Assembly (NCBI GenBank): GCA_965226055.1
Contig: CBDDCA010000004.1
Span: forward strand, 96,001 to 160,000
Direction of reading: 5' to 3'
Origin: Spirochaetia bacterium
GTDB lineage: Bacteria; Spirochaetota; Spirochaetia; WTKD01; G963693115
Length of the DNA: 64,000 nt
Below are positions 60,274-64,000 of this stretch, in pieces (within the stretch, counting starts at the first letter, position 1; each line of letters opens with the position of its first letter). Under the pieces are notes generated by a model. It was not told the DNA's origin. It saw nothing but the letters and a program-made list of their open reading frames with translations, and did not search any database. A program made the position numbers and the translations under genes.

Positions 60274-62412
60274 ATGGAAAAAAAAGAGAAAAAAAGTAAT
60301 GTTATAAAGAAGAAGCAAAAAATGGATGAAAATAAGAAAACAAAAAGCAGTGTTACTGAAAAAAAGAACACTGCGGTGAGTACTAAAAAGAATGTTCCTA
60401 AAAAAGAGGTAAAAAAGAAGAATAGTACTACAGAAAAAAAAGGAGCAGATAAGGAAACAAAAGTTTCTCGTAGTAGCAAAAAAAATGCTACTACTGTTAG
60501 TAAGGAAGCAAAAGTAAGTGTAAAGCTAAGTAATGCTGATGTACATAAAGATGTACAGAAAAAGGAAAGCGTGCCTAAGAGAAAGAAAAAGTCGTCTGGG
60601 TCTACTGCTGTGAAAAAGAAAGCTACAGTTGCAGTGTCGGCAGAGGGTATACTTGAGTACGATATGGATGAGGCGAGTTATAGCGTACAATTACCAAAGG
60701 ATATTCAAGATAGTGTTGATGAGTTGTTATTGGAAGCTAATGTAAAGATCCCAATATCCGTTGATAAGCTCATAGAAGGGGTGAGTAGTGATGAGATGAT
60801 AAGTGCTAAAAATGTTAAGAATATTTTGAGCTATGTACAAAAAAGGGGTTTTACGGTAACAGACATTGATTTAGAAGGAAAGGATGGTTTAATAAGTGAT
60901 GTAGATGAGAATGAAGACACCATTAATGATCCTGTTCGACTGTATTTGCGAGAAATAGGGAGAAAAAAATTATTAAGTGCAGAGGATGAAATAAATCTTG
61001 CACGTGAAATGAGGGAAGGAGAGCAAAAAATTGCAAGCCTCATAAAAACATCAGGGTTATTTTTGTTAGAGCTAAACAATATAATGCTCAATATGAAAAA
61101 GACAAAAGATAATGATGCCGAATCTGATACCTTACATAAATCTGAAAATGAAGATTTCGATTCTAATGTAGAAATTAAGCGTTTGTCTCAGTTGTATAGA
61201 TCTATTATTAATCAGATTGAAAATCCTTTGACACAGTATTTACACTTAAAGAAAAAAGCGTTTATGAATGGGGAAAATTTTTTTGATGATCCTACTATTC
61301 TTAAGCTGAGAGAAGGTATATTTAAGAAGATTAAAAAAGTTGAAATTGATGCATCAGAAATACAACGGATAACTGATGTGTTTTTCTCTATCTTAAAGAC
61401 TATTGAGGGATATAAAAAAAGAAAGCAAACTATATGTAATTTATTTCAAGTAAGGGACCCTAAGGAAGTACGAAAGTTTGGGCGTAATTTAATTACTGCT
61501 ACGCAGAGAAAAGAAATATATCAAAAGTTAGGGATTTCTATTTCTGATATAAAAAAGTATATACAAGAATTTAAGGAAGCTGATAAACGATTGTCTCATG
61601 TAGAATACTATTATGATATGACATTACAGGAGATAAAGGATATACTGTCTAAAATTGCAAGATTACATCTTCATCTTCAAGAAGTAAAGGAAAATCTTAT
61701 TGAATCTAATTTACGATTAGTGGTGAGTATTGCAAAAAAATATACAAATAGAGGTCTTATGCTATTTGATCTTGTACAAGAAGGAAATCTTGGCTTAGTA
61801 AGAGCAGTGGAAAAATTTGAATACTTAAAAGGCTTTAAGTTTTCTACCTATGCAACATGGTGGATTCGACAGGCAATAACGAGAGCTATTTCTGATCAAG
61901 CAAGAACTATTCGTGTTCCTGTGCATATGATTGAACAGATAAACAAAGTATCACGAGTAGAGAAAAAGCTCATGCAAGGATTAGGGAGGGAAGTGAGTGA
62001 TGAAGAAATAGCAGAAAATTTAGGATGGGAAAAAAATAAAGTGAAGAATGTTCGTAATGTGTCGCGTGAGCCTATTTCTTTAGAGACTCCTGTTGGGGAA
62101 GAAGATGATTCGTTGTTGAGTGATTTTGTAGAAGATAAGAGTACTCATTCTCCAAATCAGCTTACATCGTTTTATTTATTGCAAGAACAGCTACGGGAAG
62201 TGCTGTCAACATTGCCTCATCGTGAACAACAAGTCATTCGTTTACGTTTTGGGTTGGACGATGGATATCCTCTCACTTTGGAAGAGGTTGGGCTGCATTT
62301 TAATGTAACGCGTGAGCGTATTCGACAAATAGAATCAAAGGCATTGAAACGTCTTCAAAATTCACGATTTAGACTAAAATTACGTGACTATCTTGAAGAA
62401 GATGAGAAATAG
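60274..62412 (+). CDS. rpoD: Primary sigma factor RpoD
   Basis: [64 protein letters not shown]. Confidence 0.98.
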   Translation: MEKKEKKSNVIKKKQKMDENKKTKSSVTEKKNTAVSTKKNVPKKEVKKKNSTTEKKGADKETKVSRSSKKNATTVSKEAKVSVKLSNADVHKDVQKKESVPKRKKKSSGSTAVKKKATVAVSAEGILEYDMDEASYSVQLPKDIQDSVDELLLEANVKIPISVDKLIEGVSSDEMISAKNVKNILSYVQKRGFTVTDIDLEGKDGLISDVDENEDTINDPVRLYLREIGRKKLLSAEDEINLAREMREGEQKIASLIKTSGLFLLELNNIMLNMKKTKDNDAESDTLHKSENEDFDSNVEIKRLSQLYRSIINQIENPLTQYLHLKKKAFMNGENFFDDPTILKLREGIFKKIKKVEIDASEIQRITDVFFSILKTIEGYKKRKQTICNLFQVRDPKEVRKFGRNLITATQRKEIYQKLGISISDIKKYIQEFKEADKRLSHVEYYYDMTLQEIKDILSKIARLHLHLQEVKENLIESNLRLVVSIAKKYTNRGLMLFDLVQEGNLGLVRAVEKFEYLKGFKFSTYATWWIRQAITRAISDQARTIRVPVHMIEQINKVSRVEKKLMQGLGREVSDEEIAENLGWEKNKVKNVRNVSREPISLETPVGEEDDSLLSDFVEDKSTHSPNQLTSFYLLQEQLREVLSTLPHREQQVIRLRFGLDDGYPLTLEEVGLHFNVTRERIRQIESKALKRLQNSRFRLKLRDYLEEDEK

Positions 62413-62425
62413 TGTATAATAGATT

Positions 62426-63418
62426 ATGAGAGATATTATAGTGGAGGAAAGAGTGCTAAAAAATACATTAGAACAATTAAGAAAATTTCAGGAGATTCTT
62501 AACCAAAAATTTGAAGTTGAAAAACAGCTTCAGGAACTCCCTAAGGAAATTGAAAGAAGAGATGAAATAGTCATTCGTATGAAAGAAAATTTCCTTGAGT
62601 TTAATGATAAGCGAAATGCTTTGAAGAAAGAAATTATTGTTAAGCGAGATGAGCTTGATAAAGTGGTAGAGAAAACATCTAAACTTGAAAAAGAAGTGGG
62701 AAACGTAAGTTCTCAGCGAGATTATGAACAAATTGATAGGGCTATTAAAGATAATAATGAGTCTGAGCAAACCTTACGTAGGGAAATACAAGTAGCTGAG
62801 AAGAAAATACATGATTTTCAAGAAGAATTTACGAATGCAGAAACATTGTTGCAAGAACAAGAGCATTCTCTTATGAATATTAAGGATAAAATTGAACAAG
62901 ATATTATAAAGTATGAAGTGCAACTGAAAGAACTGGAAGCAAAGAAACAAGAAGTGACAATGTATATGGAAGATAATCTAGTATTTAAGTTTGAGCGTAT
63001 TCTAAAGTCGAGAGAAGGTGATGGTATTGTTCCTATTCGGCAGAATGTATGTTATGGGTGTCATATGCTCCTTCCTCTCAAGATAGTAAATGAAGTATGT
63101 GAAGAACAGAGGGTAGTCACTTGTCCTTATTGTTCTAAAATTTTATTTTATGATGGAGATAGCGATAAAGAAGAAGTTGAGAACATAGAGATTGCAGGAT
63201 TGAAAGATATTATTGATACTCAAGATATTTCTCTTGATGATTTTGATGAAGAAGATTATCATAGTTTTATGCAAAAAGATGATTTAGGATCTGATGAGTA
63301 TATTCCTGCTCAAAATTTAGAAGAGATGGAAGATGATATAGAGGATGATTTGGACGATGATGATATAGAGGATGAATTAGGTGACGATATAGAGGATGAA
63401 GATTTAGGTGATGAATAA
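62426..63418 (+). CDS. Coiled-coil C4 zinc-ribbon protein (DUF164; CdsZ/FlgZ-like) with an acidic tail
   Basis: Long coiled coil, CYGCH...CPYCSKIL; conserved position after rpoD in spirochaetes. Confidence 0.88.
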   Translation: MRDIIVEERVLKNTLEQLRKFQEILNQKFEVEKQLQELPKEIERRDEIVIRMKENFLEFNDKRNALKKEIIVKRDELDKVVEKTSKLEKEVGNVSSQRDYEQIDRAIKDNNESEQTLRREIQVAEKKIHDFQEEFTNAETLLQEQEHSLMNIKDKIEQDIIKYEVQLKELEAKKQEVTMYMEDNLVFKFERILKSREGDGIVPIRQNVCYGCHMLLPLKIVNEVCEEQRVVTCPYCSKILFYDGDSDKEEVENIEIAGLKDIIDTQDISLDDFDEEDYHSFMQKDDLGSDEYIPAQNLEEMEDDIEDDLDDDDIEDELGDDIEDEDLGDE

Positions 63419-63464
63419 TACTCTATATACATAGCTGGTATTTGTATGTATAATAAGATGAGAG

Positions 63465-63796
63465 CAATTATAGGTAGTAAGGGGTACTGCTACAATTATT
63501 TGTAGAGGAAAGTCCGGACTCCATAGAGAAAGTCACTGGGTAATGCCCAGCGAGCGTGAGCTTAGAGAAAGTGCCACAGAAAATATACCGCCAAGAGGTA
63601 AGGGTGAAAAGGTAAGGTAAGAGCTTACCGATTTTATAGCAATATAAAATGCATGGTAAACCTTGACTGGAGCAAAACTAGAAAGTAAAGGATATCTCGT
63701 CTTTATTTACAGGTAAGTTGCAAGAATACAGTACAATACTGTATCAAGATAAATGGTGCCCATTACAGAATCCGGCTTACGTACTGCCTATAGTTG
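63465..63796 (+). ncRNA. rnpB: RNase P RNA (type A)
   Basis: GAGGAAAGTCCGGACTC, GAAAGTGCCACAGAAA, GGTAAGAGC, GGTAAACC, ACAGAATCCGGCTTA; P1 pairing caattataggtagta/tactgcctatagttg. Confidence 0.97.
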
Positions 63797-63875
63797 TTTT
63801 TACTTTTTAAGATTTTCTTTATAGTGTATAATCAATAGTGAGTGTAGATATATACTGTATAATTAGGGAGGGAAT

Positions 63876-64000
63876 GTGAGGAAAACTCATTTATTTCTTA
63901 TTATTGTATTACTTATAAGCATTCTCTTTATTGGATATTTTGTATTTCGTGGGCTATTTATACAAAGCAGGGAAAGAGAGGTACATTTACATACTATCAA
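63876..64000 (+). CDS. Partial membrane-anchored or exported protein; runs off the window end
   Basis: RBS agggagg, GTG start, MRKTHLFLIIVLLISILFIGYFVF... Confidence 0.6.
   Translation, partial: MRKTHLFLIIVLLISILFIGYFVFRGLFIQSREREVHLHTI

Overview
AT-rich (roughly one-third GC by eye) bacterial chromosome segment, almost certainly from a spirochaete. Evidence: the murG-cvpA-holB-hk2-rrp2 gene order, dnaG-rpoD-C4 zinc-ribbon followed by rnpB, and a PUR-domain gene. Most of the window is housekeeping or metabolic: glucosylglycerate phosphorylase, a xylose ABC transporter with xylA, Na+-PPase, ftsK, pncB, nadE, argC, ssb, rplS, coaD, four tRNAs and RNase P RNA. The most notable items are: (1) a single 1101-aa polypeptide fusing 2-oxoacid dehydrogenase E1alpha-E1beta, a lipoyl domain and a FabH/KAS III domain in place of the E2 acyltransferase core, a candidate CoA-independent fatty-acid priming machine; (2) a 1530-aa FN3/DUF285-like surface lipoprotein with an in-frame G13 tract in its leader, a likely ON/OFF phase-variation switch; (3) two compositionally distinct two-gene cassettes that look like defence modules (ABC/AAA ATPase + PD-(D/E)xK-like protein; glycine-rich membrane protein + pentapeptide-repeat membrane protein); (4) an IS481-like element with a 14-bp target duplication; (5) a catalytically degenerate nucleotide cyclase; and (6) recurring short tandem duplications and in-frame loop insertions. 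All calls come from reading motifs by eye; no database searches were run.
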